NCBI GenBank assembly: GCA_965658355.1
Contig: CBFHRX010000001.1
Location: 4,637 to 68,636, forward strand
DNA: 64,000 bases
From: Flavobacteriaceae bacterium
GTDB taxonomy: Bacteria > Bacteroidota > Bacteroidia > Flavobacteriales > Flavobacteriaceae
Direction of reading: 5' to 3'
In this document: one piece after another, positions 1 to 9,662 of the stretch
Layout: each line of letters opens with the position of its first letter
How positions within the stretch are numbered: position 1 is the first letter of the stretch
Translations under genes and position numbers: made by a program
Notes under the pieces: model-generated
What the model saw: only the letters and a program-made list of their open reading frames with translations
Told to the model about the DNA's origin: nothing
Databases searched by the model: none

Positions 1-1098
1 TGCTCTTTTGCGTCCTTTTACCAAAGCGCTAAAGGCACGAAAATCTTCTATTCTCCCATTGGTGCAACTGCCGAGAAAAACATAGTCGATTTGTTTCCCT
101 AACATGGCATCCCCTTCCTGGTATCCCATATAATCTAAAGATTTTTGATAGGTAGCAGCTCCGCCTTCTATGGCGTCAGCCGATGGAATTGTGTTGGTGA
201 TTCCGGTTCCCATCCCAGGGTTGGTTCCAAACGTAATCATGGGCTCAATTTGCGAACCATCGAAACTTAGTTCTTTATCAAAAGCAGCCCCTTGATCTGT
301 TTTTAGTTGGGACCAGTATTCCATGGCTTTTTCCCATTCGGCTCCTTTGGGTGTAAATTCGCGGTCTTTGATGTAGTCAAACGTTTTTTCGTCTGGTGCA
401 ATCATCCCCCCTCGGGCGCCCATTTCGATACTGAGATTACACACAGTCATACGTCCTTCCATACTCATTTGCTCGAATACATCTCCTGCATACTCAACAA
501 AATAGCCTGTTGCTCCGGAAGTGGTTAATTGGGAGATGATAAACAAAGCCACATCTTTTGGGGTAACGCCAAATTGCAAAGAGCCTGTAATAGTGATCCG
601 CATCTTTTTGGGTTTGGGCTGCATAATGCACTGTGAAGCCAATACCATTTCAACTTCAGAGGTTCCAATCCCAAATGCGATGGCACCAAAAGCTCCGTGG
701 GTAGAAGTATGTGAATCCCCACAAACCATGGTTGCTCCTGGAAGAGTGATTCCATATTCGGGTCCCACAACGTGAACGATACCATTTTTTTTATGTCCCA
801 ATCCCCAATAGGAAATGCCGTGCTCGTTTGCATTATTTTCCAAGGCTTGAAGCTGATTGGCCGACAACGGATCTTCTACCGGTAAGTGTTGATTCAGGGT
901 AGGGGTATTGTGATCTGCTGTTGCAAAAGTACGCTCCGGATAGAGCACCTTGATGCTGCGGTTTTTTAAACCCAAAAAAGCTACCGGGCTGGTAACTTCG
1001 TGAATCATGTGTCGATCGATAAAAAGGACATCTGGCCCTTCTTTTATTTGGTGTACCACATGGGAATCCCATACTTTATCAAAAAGTGTTTTTGGCAT
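1..1098 (-). CDS. leuC: 3-isopropylmalate dehydratase large subunit (partial, C-terminus beyond left edge)
   Basis: Hand translation of the minus frame from ATG at 1098 gives [38 protein letters not shown]... It carries the aconitase-family motif [27 protein letters not shown] checked all 366 codons to position 1 and found no stop. It is absent from the ORF track because no stop lies in the window. It starts 11 nt downstream of leuA. Confidence 0.93.
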   Translation of the reverse strand, partial: MPKTLFDKVWDSHVVHQIKEGPDVLFIDRHMIHEVTSPVAFLGLKNRSIKVLYPERTFATADHNTPTLNQHLPVEDPLSANQLQALENNANEHGISYWGLGHKKNGIVHVVGPEYGITLPGATMVCGDSHTSTHGAFGAIAFGIGTSEVEMVLASQCIMQPKPKKMRITITGSLQFGVTPKDVALFIISQLTTSGATGYFVEYAGDVFEQMSMEGRMTVCNLSIEMGARGGMIAPDEKTFDYIKDREFTPKGAEWEKAMEYWSQLKTDQGAAFDKELSFDGSQIEPMITFGTNPGMGTGITNTIPSADAIEGGAATYQKSLDYMGYQEGDAMLGKQIDYVFLGSCTNGRIEDFRAFSALVKGRKRA

Positions 1099-1109
1099 TT
1101 TTTGTATAA

Positions 1110-2264
1110 TTAAATATTACTGGCTTTAATGATCAAAGGCAGATCATTATCATTAACTTCTTTCTGTATATCGGCCACTTTTAAAAACTCCAAATAGACT
1201 TTATCGAGTTGTCTTTTATTTAATTCAAAGCCGATATTTTTAGCTCGGTAGGCAAGAGCAGCTCTTCCACTTCTAGCGGTTAGAATGATAGAAGATTGAT
1301 CAACACCTACATCTGCAGGATCTATAATCTCATAGGTTTCCCTTTTCTTAATGACGCCGTCCTGGTGAATGCCTGAGCTGTGCGCAAAGGCGTTGGCGCC
1401 TACGATGGCTTTGTTGGGTTGCACAGGCATCCCCATGTTTTCAGAAACCATTTGACTAGTACTGTTCAGTAGCCTTGCATTTATTCCGGTATCAAGACCG
1501 AGGTGTTCGTGTTGGCGAAGAACCATCACGACTTCCTCTAAGGAAGTATTTCCAGCACGTTCTCCTACACCGTTTATGGTACATTCAATCTGTCGGGCCC
1601 CGTTGATCACTCCGGCAATAGAATTGGCTGTAGCCATTCCAAGGTCATTGTGACAGTGGCACGAAATAGTAGCTTTTTCGATGCCTTTGACATGATCGAT
1701 TAGGTATTTGATTTTCTCACCATATTGTTCCGGAAGACAGTACCCTGTCGTATCGGGGATATTCAATACAGTAGCTCCAGCTTCAATGACTTTCTCACAT
1801 ACTTGAGCGAGGTATTCATTATCAGTTCTTCCAGCATCTTCAGCGTAGAACTCAACATCTTCGACATAAGATTTTGCGTATTTAACTGCATGATACGCCC
1901 GTTCTAATACTTTTTCACGGGTGGAGTTAAATTTAAATTTGATGTGAGAATCAGAGGTGCCAATACCGGTATGGATTCTCGGGCGAACCGCTTTTTTGAG
2001 TGCCTCGGCAGCCACCTCAATATCTTTTTCAACAGCTCTGGTCAAGCCACAAACACGGGCATTTTTCACCAATTTTGAAATGTTTTCGACAGCTTGGAAA
2101 TCGCCTGGGCTGGAAACGGGAAAGCCTGCTTCAATAATGTCTACTCCAAGTTGATCTAGGCGCTCTGCTATTTGTAATTTAGAGCTTGAATCCAACTTAC
2201 AACCAGGCACTTGTTCACCGTCGCGAAGGGTGGTATCAAAAATCTCAACTTTATCTTTAGACAT
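1110..2264 (-). CDS. leuA: 2-isopropylmalate synthase, short form (384 aa, no C-terminal regulatory domain)
   Basis: Motifs [25 protein letters not shown] and [10 protein letters not shown] (DRE-TIM metallolyase / IPMS family). Immediately upstream of leuC on the same strand. Confidence 0.85.
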   Translation of the reverse strand: MSKDKVEIFDTTLRDGEQVPGCKLDSSSKLQIAERLDQLGVDIIEAGFPVSSPGDFQAVENISKLVKNARVCGLTRAVEKDIEVAAEALKKAVRPRIHTGIGTSDSHIKFKFNSTREKVLERAYHAVKYAKSYVEDVEFYAEDAGRTDNEYLAQVCEKVIEAGATVLNIPDTTGYCLPEQYGEKIKYLIDHVKGIEKATISCHCHNDLGMATANSIAGVINGARQIECTINGVGERAGNTSLEEVVMVLRQHEHLGLDTGINARLLNSTSQMVSENMGMPVQPNKAIVGANAFAHSSGIHQDGVIKKRETYEIIDPADVGVDQSSIILTARSGRAALAYRAKNIGFELNKRQLDKVYLEFLKVADIQKEVNDNDLPLIIKASNI

Positions 2265-2404
2265 CGGATTTAATCTATGTTTATACGAAAATATGGGGTC
2301 TTATTTTGAGCGTGTAAATTTGATGAAATTTATTACAATATCCGCACTACTTTTTTTTTGATTAAAACACTAAAATACAGTAATTTGCTATAAGATTCAT
2401 TACA

Positions 2405-3976
2405 ATGACAAACGAACAAAAAGACAACCTCTTTATCTTGATAAAATCCCTGACCAAGTCAGAGAAGAGACAATTTAAGCTTTTTGTGGGAAGAATGGGG
2501 TCTAATTCGGATTCAAAATTCCTCAATTTATTCAATGTGATGGATAAGTCAGATCGGTATGACGAGGCCTTGATTTTAAAAAAAGGGATTGTCTCCAAAC
2601 AGCAACTTTCTAACTTAAAAGCACATTTGTACAAGCAAATTCTGATTAGTTTACGCCTCAATCCTATCAATAAAAATGCTCGTGTTCAAATCCGGGAGCA
2701 ATTGGATTTTGCCACGATCCTGTATCAAAAAGGATTGTACAAACAAAGCTTAAAAATTTTAGAAAAAGCCAAGCTTTCTGCCCAAAAGCAAGAAGAGAAA
2801 TATGTGGCTTTTGAAATTGTAGAGTTTGAGAAGATTATTGAATCACAGTATATTACGAGGAGTTTGAGCAATCGTACAGAAACTTTAGTAAGCGATTCGG
2901 AGACTCTTATTACGTGCAATGTGTTGTCCAGTAAGCTTTCCAATCTTTCCTTGCAATTGTATGAAAAACTCATTAAGGCCGGGTATACCAAAAGCGATGA
3001 AGAATTTCGAGAGATCACAAAGTTCTTTTACGAAAACCTTCCTAAAATTGATTTAGAGAAGGCAGATTTTCGCGAAAAACTATGGTATAACAAGGCCCAT
3101 TTGTGGTATAGTTTCTTGACCCAAGACTTTTTATCGAGTTATAAATACGCTTTGAAATGGGTGGAATTATTTGAGCAACACCCAGAGATGATTTCTCTTA
3201 ACCCTGTATTCTTCTTAAAGGGAAATCATTATTTGTTGGAATCCTTAGCACTGCTCAAATACCCGGAAAAGTTTAAGGAGGTCTTGAATAAAATGGTACA
3301 GACTACTGCCTCAGCTTCTTTTCCACAAAATGAGAATTTAGATTCTTTGATTTTCCTGTATCATTTTAGCAATCGCTTTAACCTTCTTTTTACGGAAGGG
3401 GATTTTGATGCCGCAATGGGAATGGTTCCAGAAGTGTTAGAGGGGATAGAAAAATACAAGAATCGTATTGATGAACATCACATAATGTTGTTCTACTATA
3501 AGATTGCATGTGTGTATTTTGGTAAGTCAGACTATGAAAATTGCATCCTTTTTCTGAATAAAATAGTCAACAACAAGCATTTGAAGATGCGAGAAGACTT
3601 ACTTTGTTATACACGTGTATTGAATTTAGTCGCACACTATGAGGCAGGCTTTGATTATCACTTGGATGCTCATTTGCGTGAAACCTTTAAGTTTTTAATC
3701 AAAATGGATGATTTGCATGAGGTGCAGAAAGCGATGATTCGATTTGTCAAAAAACTCAGCAATATATACCCACACGAATTAAAATCTGCTTTCAAAGAAT
3801 TTCATAAAGAATTAACTGTTTTTGAAAGCGATCCTTATGAGAGAAGATCTTTCTTGTATTTAGACATCCTATCCTGGTTGGAAAGTCGAATTGAAAATAG
3901 AAGTGTAGCCGATATTATTAAAGAAAAAGCGAAGCATCTCAACCGGAAAGAACGTCCGACCATAAAGGTGCAGTAG
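2405..3976 (+). CDS. hypothetical protein, predicted all-helical / TPR-like, 523 aa
   Basis: Long uninterrupted ORF with coding-like composition. No catalytic or binding motif recognised by eye. The 3' end overlaps the convergent pseudouridine synthase gene by 38 nt. Confidence 0.75.
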   Translation: MTNEQKDNLFILIKSLTKSEKRQFKLFVGRMGSNSDSKFLNLFNVMDKSDRYDEALILKKGIVSKQQLSNLKAHLYKQILISLRLNPINKNARVQIREQLDFATILYQKGLYKQSLKILEKAKLSAQKQEEKYVAFEIVEFEKIIESQYITRSLSNRTETLVSDSETLITCNVLSSKLSNLSLQLYEKLIKAGYTKSDEEFREITKFFYENLPKIDLEKADFREKLWYNKAHLWYSFLTQDFLSSYKYALKWVELFEQHPEMISLNPVFFLKGNHYLLESLALLKYPEKFKEVLNKMVQTTASASFPQNENLDSLIFLYHFSNRFNLLFTEGDFDAAMGMVPEVLEGIEKYKNRIDEHHIMLFYYKIACVYFGKSDYENCILFLNKIVNNKHLKMREDLLCYTRVLNLVAHYEAGFDYHLDAHLRETFKFLIKMDDLHEVQKAMIRFVKKLSNIYPHELKSAFKEFHKELTVFESDPYERRSFLYLDILSWLESRIENRSVADIIKEKAKHLNRKERPTIKVQ

Positions 3977-4628
3977 GTACTGGGGCTATAATGGAAATAT
4001 TTTCTTTGGTGACAGGATGGACAAAAGATAGTTTTCGGGCATGAAGGTCAATACAACCATTCGGATTACTTCTGGGGGCTCCGTATTTTAAATCCCCTTT
4101 AATAGGAAAGCCAATTTGAGCCAATTGACAGCGTATTTGATGGTGTCTTCCTGTTTCCAATTCAATTGCCAAAAGGCTGTACCGATCGAACTGTTGAATT
4201 TGCGTCAATTTCAGGATTGCTTTCTTGCTATTTTTTTTCTCCTGATCATATGCAAAGGATTTATTTTTTGATTGATTTCGAAGTAACCAATGTTCCAATC
4301 TGAGTTCTTGTTCTTTTAATCCTTTGGGGATAATAGCCCAATATTCTTTTGAGAGTGACCGATTGGCAAACAATTGATTCATTCTTTGTAAAGCTTTAGA
4401 GGTTCGTGCCATGATAACGACCCCACTTGTAGGTCTGTCCAAACGATGAACGACCCCTAGGAATACATTTCCTGGCTTGTCGTATTTTTCTTTGATATAC
4501 GCTTTTAATAGCTCTACCAAGGGTTGGTCTCCCGTTTTATCACCTTGAACGAGCAGGCCTCCCGGCTTGTTTACCGCAATTAAGTGATTGTCCTCATATA
4601 GGATTTCAGGAAGTAGGTGTTGACTCAC
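3939..4628 (-). CDS. RluA-family pseudouridine synthase
   Basis: Catalytic-Asp motif HRLDRPTSGVV. N-terminus has EDNHLIAVNKPGGLLVQ. GTG start shares one base with the panB stop (TAGTG). Confidence 0.88.
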   Translation of the reverse strand: MSQHLLPEILYEDNHLIAVNKPGGLLVQGDKTGDQPLVELLKAYIKEKYDKPGNVFLGVVHRLDRPTSGVVIMARTSKALQRMNQLFANRSLSKEYWAIIPKGLKEQELRLEHWLLRNQSKNKSFAYDQEKKNSKKAILKLTQIQQFDRYSLLAIELETGRHHQIRCQLAQIGFPIKGDLKYGAPRSNPNGCIDLHARKLSFVHPVTKENISIIAPVPTAPLWSDVLSG

Positions 4629-5446
4629 TAATAGGTCTCTTTGTCGTTCGGGAAGTTTTGACTTTTCACGTCTTCTGTATAGTGCTCAATAGCGCCCCGA
4701 ATAAGGCTGTCAAGATCGAGGTAGCGTCTCAAAAAACGCGGGCTGAATTCCTTACTCATCCCCAGCATATCGTGTAAGACCAATACTTGTCCGTCTACCT
4801 TAGGACCAGCCCCAATCCCAATAACAGGAATGCTAACCTTTTCGCTTACTTTTTGAGCGAGTTCGGCCGGGATTTTTTCCAATACGATACCAAAACAACC
4901 CAATTTTTCGAGCAGTTCAGCATCATTTACCAATTGCTCAGCTTCTTGTTCTTCGCGAGCTCGAACGGTATAAGTACCAAATTTATAGATGGATTGAGGT
5001 GTCAAGCCCAAATGTCCCATAACAGGAATTCCAGCTTCTACGATCCGTTCAATCGAGGGTTTTATTTGCTCACCACCTTCTACCTTAACAGCATGCGCTC
5101 CTGATTCTTTCATGATACGTATGGCAGAACGAAGGGCTTCTTTTGAATCGGATTGGTAGGTTCCAAAAGGAAGATCGACGACTATCAAAGCTCTTTTGAC
5201 AGCTCTCACTACGCTGCTTGCATGGTAGATCATCTGATCCAAGGTAATGGGTAAGGTAGTTTCATGTCCTGCCATCACATTGGAGGCAGAGTCACCGACT
5301 AAAATAATATCGATACCCGCTTGGTCAACAAGGCTGGCTAGGGTAAAGTCATAAGCGGTTAGCATGGCGATTTTTTCCTTATTCTTTTTCATCTCTAACA
5401 AAGAGGCAGTCGTAATACGAGAATAGTTTTTTTGTGCTTTTGACAT
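4628..5446 (-). CDS. panB: 3-methyl-2-oxobutanoate hydroxymethyltransferase
   Basis: 272 aa. Motifs [34 protein letters not shown] and KVEGG are typical of PanB. Confidence 0.93.
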   Translation of the reverse strand: MSKAQKNYSRITTASLLEMKKNKEKIAMLTAYDFTLASLVDQAGIDIILVGDSASNVMAGHETTLPITLDQMIYHASSVVRAVKRALIVVDLPFGTYQSDSKEALRSAIRIMKESGAHAVKVEGGEQIKPSIERIVEAGIPVMGHLGLTPQSIYKFGTYTVRAREEQEAEQLVNDAELLEKLGCFGIVLEKIPAELAQKVSEKVSIPVIGIGAGPKVDGQVLVLHDMLGMSKEFSPRFLRRYLDLDSLIRGAIEHYTEDVKSQNFPNDKETY

Positions 5447-5538
5447 GAATGCGTATCTATTTTTGTTTTAAAGATACACAGCTTTTCGCTTCACCCAAAG
5501 CTTTGTCTATCTTTGAGAGTCTTCTAAACAGCGAACGA

Positions 5539-6126
5539 ATGAAAAAAATCATGCTGCCCATACTTTTATTTGCTCAATTGGGCAACGGCCAGAATAGGTC
5601 GGAACTGCCTTTTGAAAACATTGGTGATTATCCAAAAGAGTATACGGCCAGAACCGTCATGATACGACTTATTTCAGGCTTAGGCTACAGGTATCATTGG
5701 GCATCAAAAGAATTACGCCCTATTGATTTGGCGTATCGTCCCAGCAGTGAAGCTGCTTCAGCAGAAGAAACCCTAATGCATTTGTATGGTCTCTCTGATA
5801 TGATTAAAAATGCGGTTCTAAACCAACCTAGCCTTAGGCCGCTTCCCAAAACTGCTAGGACTTACACGGAACTTAGAGAAGCCACATTGACCAATTTAAA
5901 AGAGGCCATTCAAGGCCTTCAGCTTAGCGAGGAGGAAGGGCTTGCTGCCAGGAAAGTCATCCTAGAGCGAGCCTCTAGAAGTGTTGAATTCCCTTTTTGG
6001 CATGCTATTAATGGGCCCGTGTCAGACGCCCTTTATCATGTAGGGCAGTTGGTGAGTTTTAGAAGAACAACTGGAAATCCCATCGATTCCAATGTGAGTG
6101 TATTTATGGGAAAAAATAAAAATTGA
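5539..6126 (+). CDS. hypothetical exported protein
   Basis: The track ORF begins at 5449. The internal ATG at 5539 gives a signal-peptide-like N-terminus, MKKIMLPILLFAQLGNGQ. No motif recognised. Confidence 0.6.
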   Translation: MKKIMLPILLFAQLGNGQNRSELPFENIGDYPKEYTARTVMIRLISGLGYRYHWASKELRPIDLAYRPSSEAASAEETLMHLYGLSDMIKNAVLNQPSLRPLPKTARTYTELREATLTNLKEAIQGLQLSEEEGLAARKVILERASRSVEFPFWHAINGPVSDALYHVGQLVSFRRTTGNPIDSNVSVFMGKNKN

Positions 6127-6136
6127 TCCCGGTCCG

Positions 6137-6155
6137 CTGACAAGCTGTCAGTTTT
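6137..6155 (+). terminator. putative intrinsic terminator (weak)
   Basis: ctgaca-agc-tgtcag forms a 6-bp stem followed by tttt, 10 nt after the stop of the upstream CDS. Confidence 0.4.
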
Positions 6156-6206
6156 AGTGTATTGGCATAATCATTGACAATTTCTAAACGAAATTAAATT
6201 TTGATT

Positions 6207-8111
6207 ATGAGTAAAATTATCGGAATAGATTTAGGGACCACCAATTCATGTGTCTCTGTTATGGAAGGGAATGAGCCAGTGGTCATTCCCAATGCTGAAG
6301 GGAAACGCACCACTCCTTCTGTAATCGGTTTTGTTGAGGGGGGCGAAATAAAAGTAGGAGATCCTGCAAAGCGACAAGCCGTAACAAATCCCACCAAAAC
6401 GATTGCGTCGGTTAAAAGATTTATGGGGAACAAATATTCAGAATCCTCTAAAGAAGTGAGCACAGTAGCCTATAAAGTGGTGAAAGGAGATAACGATACT
6501 CCACGTGTCGATATCGATGGGCGCTTATACACACCACAGGAGCTGTCTGCGATGACGCTTCAGAAAATGAAAAAGACAGCCGAAGAATATCTCGGTCAAG
6601 ATGTAAGCGAAGCCGTGATTACGGTGCCCGCGTATTTTAATGATGCACAGCGTCAAGCGACCAAGGAGGCAGGTGAAATTGCCGGTCTTAAAGTGCAGCG
6701 TATTATTAACGAGCCAACAGCAGCTGCATTAGCATACGGACTTGACAAAGGCGGTAGTGATAAAAAGATAGCCGTCTACGATCTTGGAGGAGGTACCTTT
6801 GATATCTCTGTTTTGGAATTGGGTGACGGTGTGTTTGAAGTATTAGCTACGAATGGCGATACCCATCTTGGAGGAGATGATTTTGATCAGGTTATCATTG
6901 ATTTTCTAGCGGGAGAATTCCAAGCAGCAGAATCTATCGACTTACGAAAAGATCCGATGGCGCTTCAACGTTTAAAAGAAGCAGCCGAAAAAGCAAAAAT
7001 AGAGTTGTCTTCTTCAGCACAAACAGAAATCAACTTACCCTATGTTACAGCTACAGAGTCAGGACCCAAGCACTTGGTAACCACTTTGACGCGTTCCAAG
7101 TTTGAACAGCTAGCAGATGACTTGGTAAAACGTTCTATGGCGCCTGTTAAAAAGGCCTTAGAGGATGCTGGTTTGTCTACCGGAGATATAGATGAGGTTA
7201 TTTTAGTAGGAGGTTCAACACGTATTCCTGTTATCCAAGAGCAAGTTGAAAAATTCTTCGGTAAGAAGCCCTCTAAAGGAGTAAACCCTGACGAAGTAGT
7301 AGCTGTTGGAGCAGCCATCCAAGGAGGTGTGTTAACAGGAGATGTTAAAGATGTATTGTTATTGGACGTAACGCCCCTTTCTTTGGGAATTGAGACAATG
7401 GGAAGCGTTATGACAAAGCTTATTGACGCCAATACGACGATCCCCACCAAAAAATCTCAAGTATTTTCGACAGCGGCAGACAATCAACCTTCAGTAGAAA
7501 TTCATGTATTACAAGGGGAGCGCTCAATGGCAGCTGATAACAAAACGATAGGGCGTTTTCACTTAGATGGAATTCCACCGGCACCACGAGGAACACCTCA
7601 AATTGAGGTCACCTTTGATATTGATGCGAATGGGATTATCAAAGTAAGTGCCCAAGACAAGGCTACAGGAAAATCACAAGACATCAGAATTGAAGCTTCA
7701 TCTGGATTGACAGAGGAAGAAATAGAAAAGATGAAGCAAGAAGCTGAAGCAAATGCGGAAGCGGATAAAAAAGCCAAAGAGGAAGTAGATAAGCTCAACA
7801 GTGCTGATCAGATGATCTTCCAAACGGAGAAGCAGCTTTCTGAATTTGGAGACAAGCTATCAGACGATAAGAAAAAGCCTATCGAGACAGCTTTGGAAGC
7901 CCTAAAAAAGGCACACGAATCCAAAGATCTTGCTCAAATAGAACCGGCTTTAGACCAAATTAATGAAGCTTGGAAAAACGCTTCAGAGGAAATGTACAAA
8001 GCCCAAGCTGAAGCCGGTCAAGCGGATGCGGGTGCAGCTCCAGATCCTACTGCGAATGCAGCTGATAAAGGAGACGATGTACAGGATGTAGATTTTGAAG
8101 AAGTGAAATAA
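6207..8111 (+). CDS. dnaK: molecular chaperone DnaK (Hsp70)
   Basis: Motifs [22 protein letters not shown] and [11 protein letters not shown], with an acidic C-terminal tail. ATG at 6207 is preferred over the TTG at 6201 used by the track. Confidence 0.98.
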   Translation: MSKIIGIDLGTTNSCVSVMEGNEPVVIPNAEGKRTTPSVIGFVEGGEIKVGDPAKRQAVTNPTKTIASVKRFMGNKYSESSKEVSTVAYKVVKGDNDTPRVDIDGRLYTPQELSAMTLQKMKKTAEEYLGQDVSEAVITVPAYFNDAQRQATKEAGEIAGLKVQRIINEPTAAALAYGLDKGGSDKKIAVYDLGGGTFDISVLELGDGVFEVLATNGDTHLGGDDFDQVIIDFLAGEFQAAESIDLRKDPMALQRLKEAAEKAKIELSSSAQTEINLPYVTATESGPKHLVTTLTRSKFEQLADDLVKRSMAPVKKALEDAGLSTGDIDEVILVGGSTRIPVIQEQVEKFFGKKPSKGVNPDEVVAVGAAIQGGVLTGDVKDVLLLDVTPLSLGIETMGSVMTKLIDANTTIPTKKSQVFSTAADNQPSVEIHVLQGERSMAADNKTIGRFHLDGIPPAPRGTPQIEVTFDIDANGIIKVSAQDKATGKSQDIRIEASSGLTEEEIEKMKQEAEANAEADKKAKEEVDKLNSADQMIFQTEKQLSEFGDKLSDDKKKPIETALEALKKAHESKDLAQIEPALDQINEAWKNASEEMYKAQAEAGQADAGAAPDPTANAADKGDDVQDVDFEEVK

Positions 8112-8130
8112 CAACTAAGTGTGTTTCATG

Positions 8131-8170
8131 AAAGCCTCCTCAATGTATTGGGGAGGTTTTTTTTATTTTT
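8131..8170 (+). terminator. intrinsic terminator downstream of dnaK
   Basis: aaagcctcc...ggaggttt stem (core cctcc/ggagg) followed by a T8 run, 20 nt after the dnaK stop. Confidence 0.7.
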
Positions 8171-8176
8171 ACCACT

Positions 8177-8593
8177 ATGGACAAAGAACAAATACTCGGT
8201 TTTTGTAACGCGTCCAGCGCCAACACCTTAATGGAAACGCTGGAGATAGAATACATTGACGTGGGGGAAGATTATATAACGGCCCGGATGCCTGTTACCC
8301 CAAAAGTGCATCAACCGGATGGGGTCTTACACGGGGGCGCTACGGCTGCTCTTGCAGAAAGTATTGGGAGTGTTGCGGTATTTGTTTTTAATCAAGAGCC
8401 AGGATTAATGGTGAGAGGAATTGAAATCACCGCCAACCATGTTAGCAGTGTCCGTGAGGGGTATGTCTATGCCAAAGCACAACCCATACATTTGGGAAAA
8501 AGCATCCAATTTTGGGAAATTCGGGTTACTGACGAAGAAGATAAATTGGTTTCGTTATGTAAGTTAACGACTTATAAACGCCCCAAGCGATAA
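8177..8593 (+). CDS. menI: PaaI/YdiI-type hotdog thioesterase, probable 1,4-dihydroxy-2-naphthoyl-CoA hydrolase
   Basis: 138 aa. Motifs LHGGATAALAESIGSVA, ITANHVSSVREG and PIHLGKSIQFWEI closely resemble my recollection of E. coli YdiI (MenI). It is the first gene of the men cluster. Confidence 0.7.
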   Translation: MDKEQILGFCNASSANTLMETLEIEYIDVGEDYITARMPVTPKVHQPDGVLHGGATAALAESIGSVAVFVFNQEPGLMVRGIEITANHVSSVREGYVYAKAQPIHLGKSIQFWEIRVTDEEDKLVSLCKLTTYKRPKR

Positions 8594-8599
8594 TTCACT

Positions 8600-9640
8600 A
8601 TGACGGCTGCGAATGCTATTTTTGATATAGTAAGGGAATCCAAAAAGCCATTTGTATTTTTTAGACTCCCTCAAGGACCACAAGTTCAATTCTACTTTCA
8701 AGAAGATTTTAATTGTCATTACAATGAAAATTTAGAGCAGGAAGGCTTTGTGTTTCAACCCTTCGACACGTCAAAACAATCCTATTGTATTCCTTCTGAT
8801 AAGCAGATGACTTTTGATTGGAGTCCAGAAGCACCTCAGAAAAAGGCCCGCCCTATTTTAGCGTCCAGGCTGGAAAATAAAGAAGAACATATCAGCCTAA
8901 TCAGCAAAGCTCAAGAGTGTATTCAGAAAGGAGAATTCCAGAAAGTTGTACTTTCTAAAAAAGTAAGTATTCCCCTTCAGAACCCCATAGGGTTTGACTA
9001 TTACCTAAGGCTGTTGAGTGCCTACCCCGATGCATTGGTGTATTTTTGGAATCATCCAGAAACGGGAGCCTGGGTAGGTGCTACTCCAGAGAAATTAGTA
9101 ACGGTAGCCGACGATTCCTATCATACTATGGCTTTAGCGGGTACGTTGGTGTATAATGAGGGGGAAGCCCCCAATTGGACTGACAAAGAAATTGAAGAAC
9201 AACAGCTTGTAGTAACAGCTATTGAAGAAGGGATTTCCACAAACTTTCCAAACGTGACTTTAGACAGTTCTGAGCGCTACACCAAAAAAGCGGGAAATAT
9301 TCAGCATCTATGCACTGACATTCATTTTTCAGGCGCTGACATAGCTGTAAAAGACATTGTATCTGTATTGCATCCAACCCCTGCTGTTGGGGGCCTTCCT
9401 AAGCAAGCGAGTCTTGACTTTATTCACAAAAACGAAGCCTATGATCGGCACTATTATTCCGGTGTACTAGGGCCGGTTTCAAAACAAACAAAGGAGTTAT
9501 TTGTGAATTTACGTTGTGGCCAAGTTCGAGAGTCTTTTTTTGATATTTATGTAGGGGGTGGGATTACAGCGGCCAGCCAAGGTGAAAAAGAATGGGAAGA
9601 ACTTCAACGAAAATCAGAGACACTGCTTAGCTGCTTGTAG
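8600..9640 (+). CDS. menF: isochorismate synthase
   Basis: Chorismate-binding-enzyme C-terminal motifs: LHPTPAVGG, YYSGVLGP and GGGIT. Lies in the men cluster. Confidence 0.85.
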   Translation: MTAANAIFDIVRESKKPFVFFRLPQGPQVQFYFQEDFNCHYNENLEQEGFVFQPFDTSKQSYCIPSDKQMTFDWSPEAPQKKARPILASRLENKEEHISLISKAQECIQKGEFQKVVLSKKVSIPLQNPIGFDYYLRLLSAYPDALVYFWNHPETGAWVGATPEKLVTVADDSYHTMALAGTLVYNEGEAPNWTDKEIEEQQLVVTAIEEGISTNFPNVTLDSSERYTKKAGNIQHLCTDIHFSGADIAVKDIVSVLHPTPAVGGLPKQASLDFIHKNEAYDRHYYSGVLGPVSKQTKELFVNLRCGQVRESFFDIYVGGGITAASQGEKEWEELQRKSETLLSCL

Positions 9641-9662
9641 GTTTTTGTACCTTTGGGCTGCA

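Noticed and set aside
307-1072. Four track ORFs (307-528 +, 521-775 +, 525-833 -, 833-1072 -) covering the left kilobase.
   Set aside because: All are off-frame or antisense to a continuous, stop-free minus-strand frame (1-1098) whose translation is unmistakably LeuC. Their own translations are low-complexity and motif-free.
3939-3976. Three convergent gene pairs overlap at their 3' ends by almost the same length: 3939-3976 (38 nt), 40311-40348 (38 nt) and 57527-57563 (37 nt). I considered a shared embedded element.
   Set aside because: I compared the three overlap sequences directly. They share no similarity, palindrome or hairpin. The similar lengths look coincidental in a compact genome.
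7040-7450. 136-aa antisense ORF inside dnaK. Similar long antisense ORFs lie inside the carboxyltransferase gene (16272-16760, 17500-17910), menD (10247-10630) and the TonB-dependent receptor (23803-24117).
   Set aside because: Each lies wholly within a confidently identified gene on the opposite strand. Their translations are Ser/Thr/Pro/Leu-rich, as expected from reading a biased codon frame backwards. Long antisense frames opposite hsp70/dnaK are a known statistical artefact. No start context or terminator supports them.
9558-9662. N-terminal extensions in the ORF track for menD (9558), the exported hypothetical (5449), a GNAT (41287), bamD (46389), the DUF4835-like gene (48692), rplS (32542) and htrA (34752).
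   Set aside because: Each extension overlaps or abuts the preceding gene and encodes atypical residues. An internal ATG gives a canonical N-terminus instead: a signal peptide, or the conserved family start.
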